Both the position numbers and the translations under genes were made by a program. A stretch of DNA of 64,000 nt from a virus, in the IMG/VR virus record IMGVR_UViG_3300025168_000034, positions 32,001 through 96,000 of that record. One strand, 5' to 3'. The stretch's first letter is position 1. Each line of letters begins with the position of its first letter. Shown here in pieces: positions 10,125 to 18,552 of this stretch. The notes under the pieces were generated by a model, which had not been told where the DNA came from, searched no databases, and saw nothing but the letters and a program-made list of their open reading frames with translations.

Positions 10125-11624
10125 CTAAAGTGCTATTCCTGTTTTCTTGTTTTTACTCTTTTTTATCTCTGCATGTACATTATAAACTGTAAAGCGTGGT
10201 TGTGGTGTAAAATTGTCTATGCATAACTGCATTGCATCTCCTACAGTTTTACACATATGTTCTGCTGTGAATCCTGCTTCTTCACTCATTGCCCAAGCTC
10301 GACCTCTAGCCCCACATTCAGCACGTACATCTGCTGGAGTCTCCCACCACTTATATAGTGCTTTAGCTACATCTCTTGGATCACATCTATCGTCAAATAT
10401 GTATGGTGTTTGAGGAGAACCTTGAAGGTTAATACTTGCTGGGAATACTGGATTAACCCATCTTCCGTGTTTTTTGTATCTACCTTGATGGTTGCTACCA
10501 AAATCTTCATCGAAGTCGATCCAGTTACCTTTTTCATCTTCAAAGCGACATTGATCCTGCAATCCTCCAGTCACATTGTTTACGATAGGTGTTCCAGTAA
10601 GCATTGCTTCTGTACTACTAAGTCCCCAACCTTCGTTAGATGCAATGTTTGGTACTACATCTGCAATGTTATAAAACATGTTAAGCTCTTGCAGTGATAC
10701 TTTCACATTAGTGATCACTATCAAATGTTCAATTTCTGGACAGACGTTTTTAATGACTGCAGGAAGATCAGTACCATTACCATCTACAGCGTCTGTGTGT
10801 AATAGTAATCGAATCTTTTCTGCTTGCTCTGGATCTTCTTTCTTTATCTTATCATACATCAACTTGAATGAAAGAATTAAATCAGAAGTCATCTTACGTC
10901 GTATGTTTCTGTTGTTATGAAATACAATAAAATTCACATCTTTGTTGTGATTCTCTCCAAACAACTTTGCTCTCAGTTCTGTCGTTTCATGCTTAGCTAG
11001 TGGATAAAACCTCTGTTCGTTGATGCCGTGAGGTGCATAGCACACCTTTGGTAGAGTACTTTCGTACAAACGATCAGCAACATTAGGCATATCAAGATCT
11101 ATGTAATTCTCTTTACCACCCAATACAATCTTTGCGATGTTGTTGGATTGCTTGCTGATGCCCATCAAAAGGTCACAGCTTTGATAGAATGGTTTGTTGT
11201 AATGTGGTGCTGGAAGATCATCCCATATATGGTAGTAGAATATAGGTAAGTTCTGTCTAATCTCTGCTGACATTCTGTATAGCCAGTTCCAATATCTTGG
11301 ATCAGTGAAGTGGATAATTGCATCAATTTTATGCTTATCTACTAATCCTCTAACTACTTCTGGATTGCCATATCCATCAAAAGGATACACAAACACACAA
11401 GAGTCTTGAATGCCTTGTTGTTTGTTAATATCTTCCGACAAGTCAAATATCTTACCTGCCTCTGGATGTTTTATGGCTGCGCCTAGTTGGAAAAAATTGA
11501 ATCGATGAGCATTACCAATAATAATCTCACGCGTCATTGTACCTATACCTGATGGTATTCTACAATCGTCTGCTAAAAATAGGATATTCTTTCTATCCTC
11601 TTGCTTAATATAACCTTCTTTCAT
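10125..11624 (-). CDS. Glycosyltransferase family 4 (GT-B)
   Basis: SGIGTM, APHGI, NRNIRRK, NEGWGLSSTEAMLTGTPIV. Confidence 0.85.
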   Translation of the reverse strand: MKEGYIKQEDRKNILFLADDCRIPSGIGTMTREIIIGNAHRFNFFQLGAAIKHPEAGKIFDLSEDINKQQGIQDSCVFVYPFDGYGNPEVVRGLVDKHKIDAIIHFTDPRYWNWLYRMSAEIRQNLPIFYYHIWDDLPAPHYNKPFYQSCDLLMGISKQSNNIAKIVLGGKENYIDLDMPNVADRLYESTLPKVCYAPHGINEQRFYPLAKHETTELRAKLFGENHNKDVNFIVFHNNRNIRRKMTSDLILSFKLMYDKIKKEDPEQAEKIRLLLHTDAVDGNGTDLPAVIKNVCPEIEHLIVITNVKVSLQELNMFYNIADVVPNIASNEGWGLSSTEAMLTGTPIVNNVTGGLQDQCRFEDEKGNWIDFDEDFGSNHQGRYKKHGRWVNPVFPASINLQGSPQTPYIFDDRCDPRDVAKALYKWWETPADVRAECGARGRAWAMSEEAGFTAEHMCKTVGDAMQLCIDNFTPQPRFTVYNVHAEIKKSKNKKTGIAL

Positions 11625-11643
11625 GTGTGTTTACTTATAACTT

Positions 11644-11672
11644 ATAATACGACTTTTTTTTTGTTTTTGCTA
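11644..11672 (-). promoter_or_regulatory. Class-2 promoter TAGCAA-N17-TATTAT
   Basis: Same architecture as the other class-2 sites; heads the GT4 genes. Confidence 0.55.
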
Positions 11673-12113
11673 ATTAACTATTGTAATTTTTACCATTTGG
11701 CTACCTGACATCTTTTGCAACATCTTGATAGCAGCTCTAGCTTTGAGAGTCTTCTCTTGTGCCATATTCTTGGCAGTTGTCATTGCTTGAGCTTCTCCTA
11801 TACTTTTAGAGTTTTTTACAAGTGCATCAACCCACGATTGTGCATCTCTATCTTGAAAACCTCCTAGACCAAAACTACCATCACGCATACTACTCATGGG
11901 TGGTGATTTAGGTACATAGTCTTGTTTAAGAGCATCGTATCTGAACATTTTTTGTGAGACTCCTTGGAATCGTTTTTCATTTACAATTTTGATTAGTTGT
12001 CCTTTTGGAAATGTCATTCTCCATGCACCTCCTCCAATTTCAAATCTGTTAGTGACTTCAAAATAACCCTCAGGCCATTCAACAGCTTCGTTTAGTAAAT
12101 TCTTTAGTTTCAT
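11670..12113 (-). CDS. Hypothetical protein with an MKLKNLLNE leader (putative internal head protein)
   Basis: Basic leader ending in L-N-E; ATGA-coupled to an upstream gene that carries the late motif. Confidence 0.55.
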   Translation of the reverse strand: MKLKNLLNEAVEWPEGYFEVTNRFEIGGGAWRMTFPKGQLIKIVNEKRFQGVSQKMFRYDALKQDYVPKSPPMSSMRDGSFGLGGFQDRDAQSWVDALVKNSKSIGEAQAMTTAKNMAQEKTLKARAAIKMLQKMSGSQMVKITIVN

Positions 12114-12502
12114 TTGTATTTTGTATTATCTGTCCAATCTCTGAATAACATAGCGCTTCGTTCGTAAGCTTCTCTCTCCATCTCGCGAAGATGCTTATTG
12201 CTTTGTGCATAACCATCTCCAGCTCCTTGCATTTTTTCTTCATCCAAATCACCTCTCAAGTTTTGTTCGTGATGGATCAACTCATGAGCTAATGTCTTGA
12301 GTATATCTTTCTCATGTCTTCCGTTAGTGTATAGTGTGATTGTTTGATTTGCTGGCTCGTAATGTCCAGTTGGATGTAAGTGTGCAGGTCCTTGGTGTTG
12401 CATGTTACTCAACTTGACTTTAGGTAATGAGTCGCATCCACAACCATTCTCGGTCATATACTTACACATTTCTGCCATGCTCTTTTTTAAAGACTCTTCC
12501 AT
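12110..12502 (-). CDS. HEXXH zinc metallopeptidase-like protein
   Basis: GHYEP...ITLY...DILKTLAHELIHHEQ...MEREAY; TATTTATA 3 nt upstream of the ATG. Confidence 0.6.
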   Translation of the reverse strand: MEESLKKSMAEMCKYMTENGCGCDSLPKVKLSNMQHQGPAHLHPTGHYEPANQTITLYTNGRHEKDILKTLAHELIHHEQNLRGDLDEEKMQGAGDGYAQSNKHLREMEREAYERSAMLFRDWTDNTKYK

Positions 12503-12505
12503 GAT

Positions 12506-12513
12506 TATAAATA
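12506..12513 (-). promoter_or_regulatory. Late-type promoter motif TATTTATA
   Basis: Recurrent motif; 3 nt before the ATG at 12502. Confidence 0.65.
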
Positions 12514-12517
12514 GTCA

Positions 12518-12922
12518 CTAATTAATTACAACAACTTTTTTCTTATGTTTGTTAGCAGCTTTGATTAGGTTACCAAGTTTACGATCTGTTCCATTTGTGT
12601 CATCAAACACCAAGAGCCTATCAATGTACCTTGCATACGTGTTGTTACGTAGAAAGAAGTTTTTGACGTTGTAAGTCTTATTGTAGAAAGACTCATTCAT
12701 CATACTGTATAGTGTTGGTGGAGTGTGAGGTAGATTGGCTTCTTGATAATTGCAACCAAACTCTAAAGCAAACTTGCGAATGTGTTTATCAGCTCCGTGT
12801 TTGTCTCCAATTCCAATAAGCATTACATCTTCTTTCAACTCTTGCTTTATCTTAAAAATCATCTGTTTGATTTTAACTCTATTCTCGAAGGTTGTTGAAC
12901 CCGTTATTCCTAATTTCACCAT
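12518..12922 (-). CDS. SLOG/YspA-like Rossmann-fold protein
   Basis: KLGITGS.TF, G..HGAD, FFLRN...FDD..GT pattern. Confidence 0.55.
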   Translation of the reverse strand: MVKLGITGSTTFENRVKIKQMIFKIKQELKEDVMLIGIGDKHGADKHIRKFALEFGCNYQEANLPHTPPTLYSMMNESFYNKTYNVKNFFLRNNTYARYIDRLLVFDDTNGTDRKLGNLIKAANKHKKKVVVIN

Positions 12923-13376
12923 ATGTTTCTGTGTGCCATTGTCCTATTGATCTGTCTAAGAGGTTTTCTACATGACCTGGTTCGTAATTGTGTTGTCTTC
13001 TAAATCCTGAGCTCCATCCATGCTCTTCAAATCTTTTTATCACCTTTATCCACATCCATCTCCAGTACTCTGTTTGTTTTGCTTCTTTCCATGTTTGCAT
13101 TTTGCTATCATAAAACAAACAAAAATCCAAAGCCAGTCCATAGTTGTGAGGACTGTATCCAGGTCTATTAATAGTTAAAAGTGTTCCCGGAATCGTTCTT
13201 CCGTATTTATAAATAGTAGTCTGCTCTTCCAGACTTCTTCGGCCACATATAATATGCAAAGGTATTCTATCTTTAATGCAAGAGTTGTACACTTGTATTG
13301 CGGATTTAGTTAGTTGAGGATTAAGAGTGTTGATTCTATTTATAGAAGTCGTTTGTGTAAACTCTTTAGTTGTCAT
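12879..13376 (-). CDS. Endolysin, M15 family L-Ala-D-Glu peptidase
   Basis: GRRSLEEQ..Y..GRT.PG...T...PGYSPHNYGLALD...EPGHVE. Confidence 0.8.
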   Translation of the reverse strand: MTTKEFTQTTSINRINTLNPQLTKSAIQVYNSCIKDRIPLHIICGRRSLEEQTTIYKYGRTIPGTLLTINRPGYSPHNYGLALDFCLFYDSKMQTWKEAKQTEYWRWMWIKVIKRFEEHGWSSGFRRQHNYEPGHVENLLDRSIGQWHTETYGEIRNNGFNNLRE

Positions 13377-14212
13377 TTAGGCTTCCTACAATACTTACAC
13401 CACCTATCTTTACACTTAGGAATATCAATATTGAGATCCATGTTATATGTACCGTCATCATTGAAGGCTTCATCTATAAACTCTTGCAAAAGATTTCCAA
13501 TCTTATTAATAGTCGGTTTTCCATTAGCAGGAGCAAATGTTTGTATACGTTTCATAGGCCATTCAGAATCCTCATTGATCTGTCTACGTAGTATAATGTA
13601 CTCTACGTCAATAAGATCTTCACTAACATTAAACTGTTTAGCATAAAACTTCTTATACAATATTAATTGTGCAGTCTTTTTATGATCTTTCTTCTGATAC
13701 TTATTCCAACCTCTTGTCGAAGTTTTAAGGTCAATGATTGTAATACGTCCATCTCGTTTATCACGTATTATGACGTCAACAAATCCTTTGAATACAAGAT
13801 TATTAACCAAGCCTACTTTCAACTCAGTCTCTATTCCTAATAACTCATGATGTGATGAGAAGTGTTGTCTTCGTTTACTTTTGAAGTACTTTAGAATCTC
13901 TACACCATCTTGATAGAATGATTGTAGTTCTTCAGGAGTAGAAAAGTGACCAGTCTTCTTGGCAGCTTCTCCATACAAAGTAACTAAACGACTTTGAAGG
14001 TCGGACGCTAAATCAATCTCGTCCGCCTTCTTAGCCGTAGTGGAGTACATAACTGTCAAATAATTTTGCAGAACCTCATGCATTGCAGTCCCGAAGATAG
14101 TGTGAATGCTTTGCTCAAATACTCTTTTGTTAAGTGCATATTCGTTGTACCATCTAATCTTACAACTCATGAACATTGAAAACTGTGAGTAGGAAATTGA
14201 ATTTTCTGCCAT
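13373..14212 (-). CDS. Cas4/RecB-like PD-(D/E)xK exonuclease
   Basis: ISYSQ...C, GTAMHEVL, E, GFVD...IIDLKTS, QL.LY and C-terminal cysteines (CKDRWCKYC). Confidence 0.8.
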   Translation of the reverse strand: MAENSISYSQFSMFMSCKIRWYNEYALNKRVFEQSIHTIFGTAMHEVLQNYLTVMYSTTAKKADEIDLASDLQSRLVTLYGEAAKKTGHFSTPEELQSFYQDGVEILKYFKSKRRQHFSSHHELLGIETELKVGLVNNLVFKGFVDVIIRDKRDGRITIIDLKTSTRGWNKYQKKDHKKTAQLILYKKFYAKQFNVSEDLIDVEYIILRRQINEDSEWPMKRIQTFAPANGKPTINKIGNLLQEFIDEAFNDDGTYNMDLNIDIPKCKDRWCKYCRKPK

Positions 14213-14238
14213 TGTAACTTTGTTTTGTAACCTATATA

Positions 14239-14267
14239 ACTATACTCCTTTTTTATCGTTTATGCAA
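14239..14267 (-). promoter_or_regulatory. Class-2 promoter TTGCAT-N17-TATAGT
   Basis: Matches the family consensus. Confidence 0.7.
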
Positions 14268-14270
14268 CAT

Positions 14271-14525
14271 TTAACCTGCAAGTATTCCTGGTCCACTGTT
14301 ATCATCTTCATCATCTGGAAGATCCTTTGGAAGAAACTCCTTGTTGATGTGTCCACACTTTACACAAGCAAATGCTTGTATTGGTACCAACATCTCTTCA
14401 CCACTCGGTGATGCTATTGCTGATATTTGTCTAAGTTTAAAGACTGTTTGAAATGTGTCGTGTCCACATGCTTCGCACACATAAGGTGTGCTTGCAGATA
14501 AATCTACGTTTGGTTGTTGTTGCAT
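14271..14525 (-). CDS. Small zinc-ribbon protein
   Basis: CEACG...CVKCGH. Confidence 0.65.
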   Translation of the reverse strand: MQQQPNVDLSASTPYVCEACGHDTFQTVFKLRQISAIASPSGEEMLVPIQAFACVKCGHINKEFLPKDLPDDEDDNSGPGILAG

Positions 14526-14528
14526 ATT

Positions 14529-14873
14529 TTACCTTTTACCACCATAGTATTCTGTTCCATGGCCTTCTGTTATTAGTTGTTTATTGATTGAATGGTCGTC
14601 AACACGAATGTCTCCTAAGCATCTTCCAAACTTACCGACTCCATGTGATACTAATATAAATTCGTTATCAATATCTTCAAGGAGTTCGATTAATCTAGCC
14701 TTTGCAGCCAATCCTCTTTTCTTTTCTTCTAAGTCTCTGGTACGAGATTCTGGAGCGTTGATACCATGCATTCTTATTCTGACCTTTTTCCAAGTATCAA
14801 ATCCTAAGTCTATCATGGCATCAACTGTGTCACCATCTACAACTCGTAATGTTTTTGCGTTGTATTCGTACAT
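14529..14873 (-). CDS. Thermonuclease (SNase-like) family protein
   Basis: RVVDGDTVD..IDLGF...RIRMHGINAPESRT...GKFGRCLG. Confidence 0.85.
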   Translation of the reverse strand: MYEYNAKTLRVVDGDTVDAMIDLGFDTWKKVRIRMHGINAPESRTRDLEEKKRGLAAKARLIELLEDIDNEFILVSHGVGKFGRCLGDIRVDDHSINKQLITEGHGTEYYGGKR

Positions 14874-16483
14874 TACATCATGTATTGTGGTTTCTTCTCC
14901 TCTTCTTCAGCTTCTGGATTGATACCTACGACACACTCAGTTGTAAGTAATGTTCCTGCTGCTGAAGCAGCTAATTCTAATGCAGTCAATGTTACTTTGG
15001 CTGGATCAATAATACCAGCATCGAACATGTTTACAAACTCATCATTCCTAGCATCATAGCCAGCATCATCGTTAGATGGAATCATCTGACGAATAGCTTC
15101 AGGACTCTTTCCTGCATTTCTAACGATAGCGTTGAATGGTTCAAAGCATGCTTTGCTGACTATGCTATGTCCCATACTTTGATCTGGATGATCAGTTTCA
15201 CATACAAAGTTTTCAGCAGCTTGGGATAATCCAATTCCACCTCCAGCAATGATGCCATCTTCGACTGCAGCTCTTGTAGCACATAAAGCATCATCAACTC
15301 TGTCTGCCTTTTCTTGAAGTTCAATCTCTGTAGCAGCTCCTACATTAATAACAGCTACACCTCCAATAAGCTTGCTCATTCTGCTTTGGTGCATTTGTTT
15401 ATCGAAATCACTTTCTGCACTCTCGTATTGGGATGTGATCTGCTCTACTCTCTCTTCGATAGCTTTCTCGTCACCTCCACCATCTACAATAACAGTCTCG
15501 TTCTGATTAACAGTTACAGTTTTAGCTGTTCCTAACATGTCAGCAGTTAGCTTCTCTAGCTTCATACCCTTCTGTGTTGATATCACTTGACCTCCAGTAA
15601 GAGTAGCGATGTCTTCTAGGTATTGTAATTTTCTGTCTCCAAATCCTGGAGCCTTAACTGCACAAACTTGAAGAATTCCTCTAGCTTTGTTTACGATCAT
15701 GGCTGCCAATGCTTCACCATCTACATCATCTGCGATGATTAATAGTGGTTTGTTTTGTTTGCTACAATTCTCTAGCAAAGCTAAAACCTCTTTTACACTA
15801 CTGATCTTTTTATCACACAATAAGATTAGTGGATCTTTCAATGTACACATCATTGTGTCATTATTTGTAACAAAGTATGGTGAAACATAACCTTTTTCAA
15901 ACTGCATTCCTTCAACTATCTCTAAAGTAGTTTCAGCAGTCTTGCTCTCTTGTACTTGAATGACACCATCCTTACCAACATTATCCATAGCTTCTGCTAT
16001 AATAGTTCCAATTGGTTCATCATTATTAGCTGAGATAGTTGCCACTTGTTTGATCATATCATTCGTAACTACTTCTTTAGCATTTTTACGAATATTCTTA
16101 ATGATCTCCTTTGCAGCTGCTTCCATTCCTCTCTTCAATTCTACTGGATTCATTCCAACCATTACGGCTTTCAATCCTTCATTGTACATGTAGGATGCTA
16201 AGATTGTTGCAGTAGTTGTTCCATCTCCAGCTCTCTTTGCAGCTCTCATTGAAACCTCTTTAATTACTTCTGCTCCAAGGTTTTCGAGTGAGTCTTCTAG
16301 TTTGATTTCCTTTGCTACTGATACTCCATCTTTTGTAATTGAAGGTGGTGCACCTTCTTTCTCGATTATAACATTTCGTCCACATGGACCTAGTGTTGTT
16401 TCAACAGCTTTGGATAACTTGTTGACGCCAGTACGGATTCTCTCTCTTCCGTCTTCTCCGAATTCTAAAACTTTACTTTTCAT
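14873..16483 (-). CDS. groEL: Chaperonin GroEL
   Basis: TLGPCGRNV, ITKDGVSVAKEI, GDGTTTAT, EGMQFEKGY.SPYF, APGFGD. Confidence 0.97.
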   Translation of the reverse strand: MKSKVLEFGEDGRERIRTGVNKLSKAVETTLGPCGRNVIIEKEGAPPSITKDGVSVAKEIKLEDSLENLGAEVIKEVSMRAAKRAGDGTTTATILASYMYNEGLKAVMVGMNPVELKRGMEAAAKEIIKNIRKNAKEVVTNDMIKQVATISANNDEPIGTIIAEAMDNVGKDGVIQVQESKTAETTLEIVEGMQFEKGYVSPYFVTNNDTMMCTLKDPLILLCDKKISSVKEVLALLENCSKQNKPLLIIADDVDGEALAAMIVNKARGILQVCAVKAPGFGDRKLQYLEDIATLTGGQVISTQKGMKLEKLTADMLGTAKTVTVNQNETVIVDGGGDEKAIEERVEQITSQYESAESDFDKQMHQSRMSKLIGGVAVINVGAATEIELQEKADRVDDALCATRAAVEDGIIAGGGIGLSQAAENFVCETDHPDQSMGHSIVSKACFEPFNAIVRNAGKSPEAIRQMIPSNDDAGYDARNDEFVNMFDAGIIDPAKVTLTALELAASAAGTLLTTECVVGINPEAEEEEKKPQYMM

Positions 16484-16781
16484 TCTTTTCTTTTAGTTTT
16501 GAGATTACATCTCGTTCTTGAATAACATGATACTCTTCATTATCGAATTCGATAGTTTGAGCTGCAAATCGTTGATATAGGATTATATCGCCAGGCTTCA
16601 TAGTGGTTTCGATAAACATATCGGTACCAGCCCAAAATCCTTTTCCTACGGCAACAACTTTTGCTGTGAGTGATTTCTTGTCGTCAACATCAGGTAAATA
16701 AATACCTCCAGATGACATTTCTTCTTGATCTACTGGTAAGCATATTAGCTTATCACCGATCGGTTCAAATTGATCTTGCAT
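16473..16781 (-). CDS. groES: Co-chaperonin GroES
   Basis: PIGDK...SSGGIYLPD...VVAVGKG...GDIILY; directly upstream of groEL. Confidence 0.92.
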   Translation of the reverse strand: MQDQFEPIGDKLICLPVDQEEMSSGGIYLPDVDDKKSLTAKVVAVGKGFWAGTDMFIETTMKPGDIILYQRFAAQTIEFDNEEYHVIQERDVISKLKEKNEK

Positions 16782-16810
16782 ATAACTTTTAGTGTTTATG
16801 TGTTTGGTTT

Positions 16811-16839
16811 AATATACGGCTTTTATACTTATAAAGCAA
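16811..16839 (-). promoter_or_regulatory. Class-2 promoter TTGCTT-N17-TATATT
   Basis: Matches the family consensus; upstream of groES. Confidence 0.7.
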
Positions 16840-17310
16840 CTATAAAATCTCAATTTTATGAGATACTTCTACTTTAGGCTCCTTCTTTGGTAATGTTAAA
16901 TCTAACACTCCATTATGAAAAGTTGCTTTTGCTTTAGAGCAATCTAGTACCTCTTCATTCACATTCCAGCTTCGTCTGAATGAGCTTCTTTTTAGCTCTC
17001 GAAGTACTACGACACCAGTGTCTTCTAAGTCTTGTGCTTTTGCTCCACTAACTGTTAAGACACCATCTTTATATTCGATGTCAACATCTTCTTTAGTGAG
17101 CCCAGCAACTTCAGCAGTTATTACTACTCTGTCGTCGTAATCGGTAATGTTTACTTTTGGATAAGATCCCTTTGCAAATAAGTCTACTCCAAACTCTTGG
17201 GAAAATTGTGGGAAATTTGTTTGGATGATTTTGTCGAACATGCTGTCAAAAGCGTCGACGAAGTTTGATCTGTGGTTGTGGAATACAACCGGAGTTAATC
17301 TAGTTTTCAT
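16840..17310 (-). CDS. Small heat-shock protein Hsp20
   Basis: YPKVNI...AEVAGLTKEDVDI...LTVSG...SFRRS...A.FHNGVL.LTLPK (alpha-crystallin domain). Confidence 0.92.
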   Translation of the reverse strand: MKTRLTPVVFHNHRSNFVDAFDSMFDKIIQTNFPQFSQEFGVDLFAKGSYPKVNITDYDDRVVITAEVAGLTKEDVDIEYKDGVLTVSGAKAQDLEDTGVVVLRELKRSSFRRSWNVNEEVLDCSKAKATFHNGVLDLTLPKKEPKVEVSHKIEIL

Positions 17311-17372
17311 TTTAGATAATTTTTAGTTAAACAATTAAATTAAAACAACCCATCTTGTGGCGTTGCTCTGAC

Positions 17373-17380
17373 TATAAATA
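17373..17380 (-). promoter_or_regulatory. Late-type promoter motif TATTTATA upstream of hsp20
   Basis: Recurrent motif, followed by a leader hairpin at 17342-17369. Confidence 0.55.
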
Positions 17381-17401
17381 GTATGCTGTTTATGAAAACA
17401 G

Positions 17402-17950
17402 TTATTTTATTCTGATAGTTATATCATGAGGTGCTTCTTCATCACCACCAAAGTAAGGGTATAGGTAGTATCTCTTATAAGCCTCGGAGCACTTTCGATC
17501 TACTACAACTTCAATGCCATCCACACCCAAGATGTAAGAATCTTCTGTGAACGTAATTGTACAGTAGTACGATGTGTTTAGTTCTATTGTTGTGATTCGT
17601 TCAAAGCTGAATTTGCTATCCTCTCTCTTATACCACAAGATCTCGAGACTGTCATTTAGCCATCTCCAACCAAATCGTATTGAGTTTTTTGAATGAGATG
17701 TTCCGCAGTCACTTAAACCATACAGCTTATTTACATCGTATTGATTGGTAGGGTCGTTTGTTGTGTATTGTGCTGATTCGTCGAATATAGCCTCAAAGCT
17801 TAGATAGTTGCTTTTAGTTGTGCAGTATGCTGTGTTGGATCGATGACGACCTTCTTTAATTGTGAATACTCTATAGCCGTTGGAATCTATTTTTTTGCAT
17901 GATATAACACATAACATTAAAACTATGAAACTGAGGTTTTTTATATTCAC
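17402..17950 (-). CDS. Putative lipoprotein with a beta-sandwich domain
   Basis: Signal peptide II MNIKNLSFIVLMLCVIS-C-KKID; beta-rich, aromatic body. Confidence 0.6.
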   Translation of the reverse strand: MNIKNLSFIVLMLCVISCKKIDSNGYRVFTIKEGRHRSNTAYCTTKSNYLSFEAIFDESAQYTTNDPTNQYDVNKLYGLSDCGTSHSKNSIRFGWRWLNDSLEILWYKREDSKFSFERITTIELNTSYYCTITFTEDSYILGVDGIEVVVDRKCSEAYKRYYLYPYFGGDEEAPHDITIRIK

Positions 17951-18462
17951 CTTTTTTCTTTTTTATCCCAAGAATGGATTGGCCATCGCCATCCTACATT
18001 AAGGATGTGTATATATTCACCTCTTCCCCAATATCCAGTACCCATCTCTAAACAAAAAGTAAAGAATCCTAAGTCTTTCATTTTGATATGATACTGAGCA
18101 TAAAGCATACCTGGATTAAGTCTTACACCTAGAGTGATACTGGCATTTTCTATACCTCCATGATCGTAGTAAGATCCCATACCAAATTTTGCAGTCCATA
18201 TGTCTGGAAAAGAAACTCCTGCTGACATATCAATTAAACTATAACCACCAAAATCAAACACATAGCCCACGCCTAGTGATTGAAATGTTAGATTGTCAAT
18301 CTCCCAACCCTCTGTACTAAAGGTAGGAATAATTGGTTTTCCGCCTGAAACACCAATGCCGGTGTTTGCTTCAACGTATATTTGATTGTCCGGACGAAAT
18401 ACTCTAGTTTGTCCAAGGAGGATTGTAGGGATTAGTAGTAGTGCAAGTAATAGATGTCTCAT
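17947..18462 (-). CDS. Putative outer-membrane beta-barrel protein
   Basis: Signal peptide MRHLLLALLLIPTILLG|Q, alternating amphipathic strands, terminal ILNVGWRW strand. Confidence 0.55.
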   Translation of the reverse strand: MRHLLLALLLIPTILLGQTRVFRPDNQIYVEANTGIGVSGGKPIIPTFSTEGWEIDNLTFQSLGVGYVFDFGGYSLIDMSAGVSFPDIWTAKFGMGSYYDHGGIENASITLGVRLNPGMLYAQYHIKMKDLGFFTFCLEMGTGYWGRGEYIHILNVGWRWPIHSWDKKEKR

Positions 18463-18552
18463 GTAGTAAGTTAGTTGTAATAATCATAGTCATTGTAGTT
18501 CTCTATAACTTGTTACAATAAATAGTCTATATGAAACACCTAACACCTATTA

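Noticed and set aside
13204-13215. TATTTATAAATA palindrome inside the endolysin gene
   Set aside because: It is intragenic and not near a start codon; likely chance in AT-rich DNA.
13373-14212. Cas4-like gene as evidence for a CRISPR-Cas system
   Set aside because: No repeat-spacer array or other cas genes were seen; stand-alone Cas4/RecB-like nucleases are common in phages.
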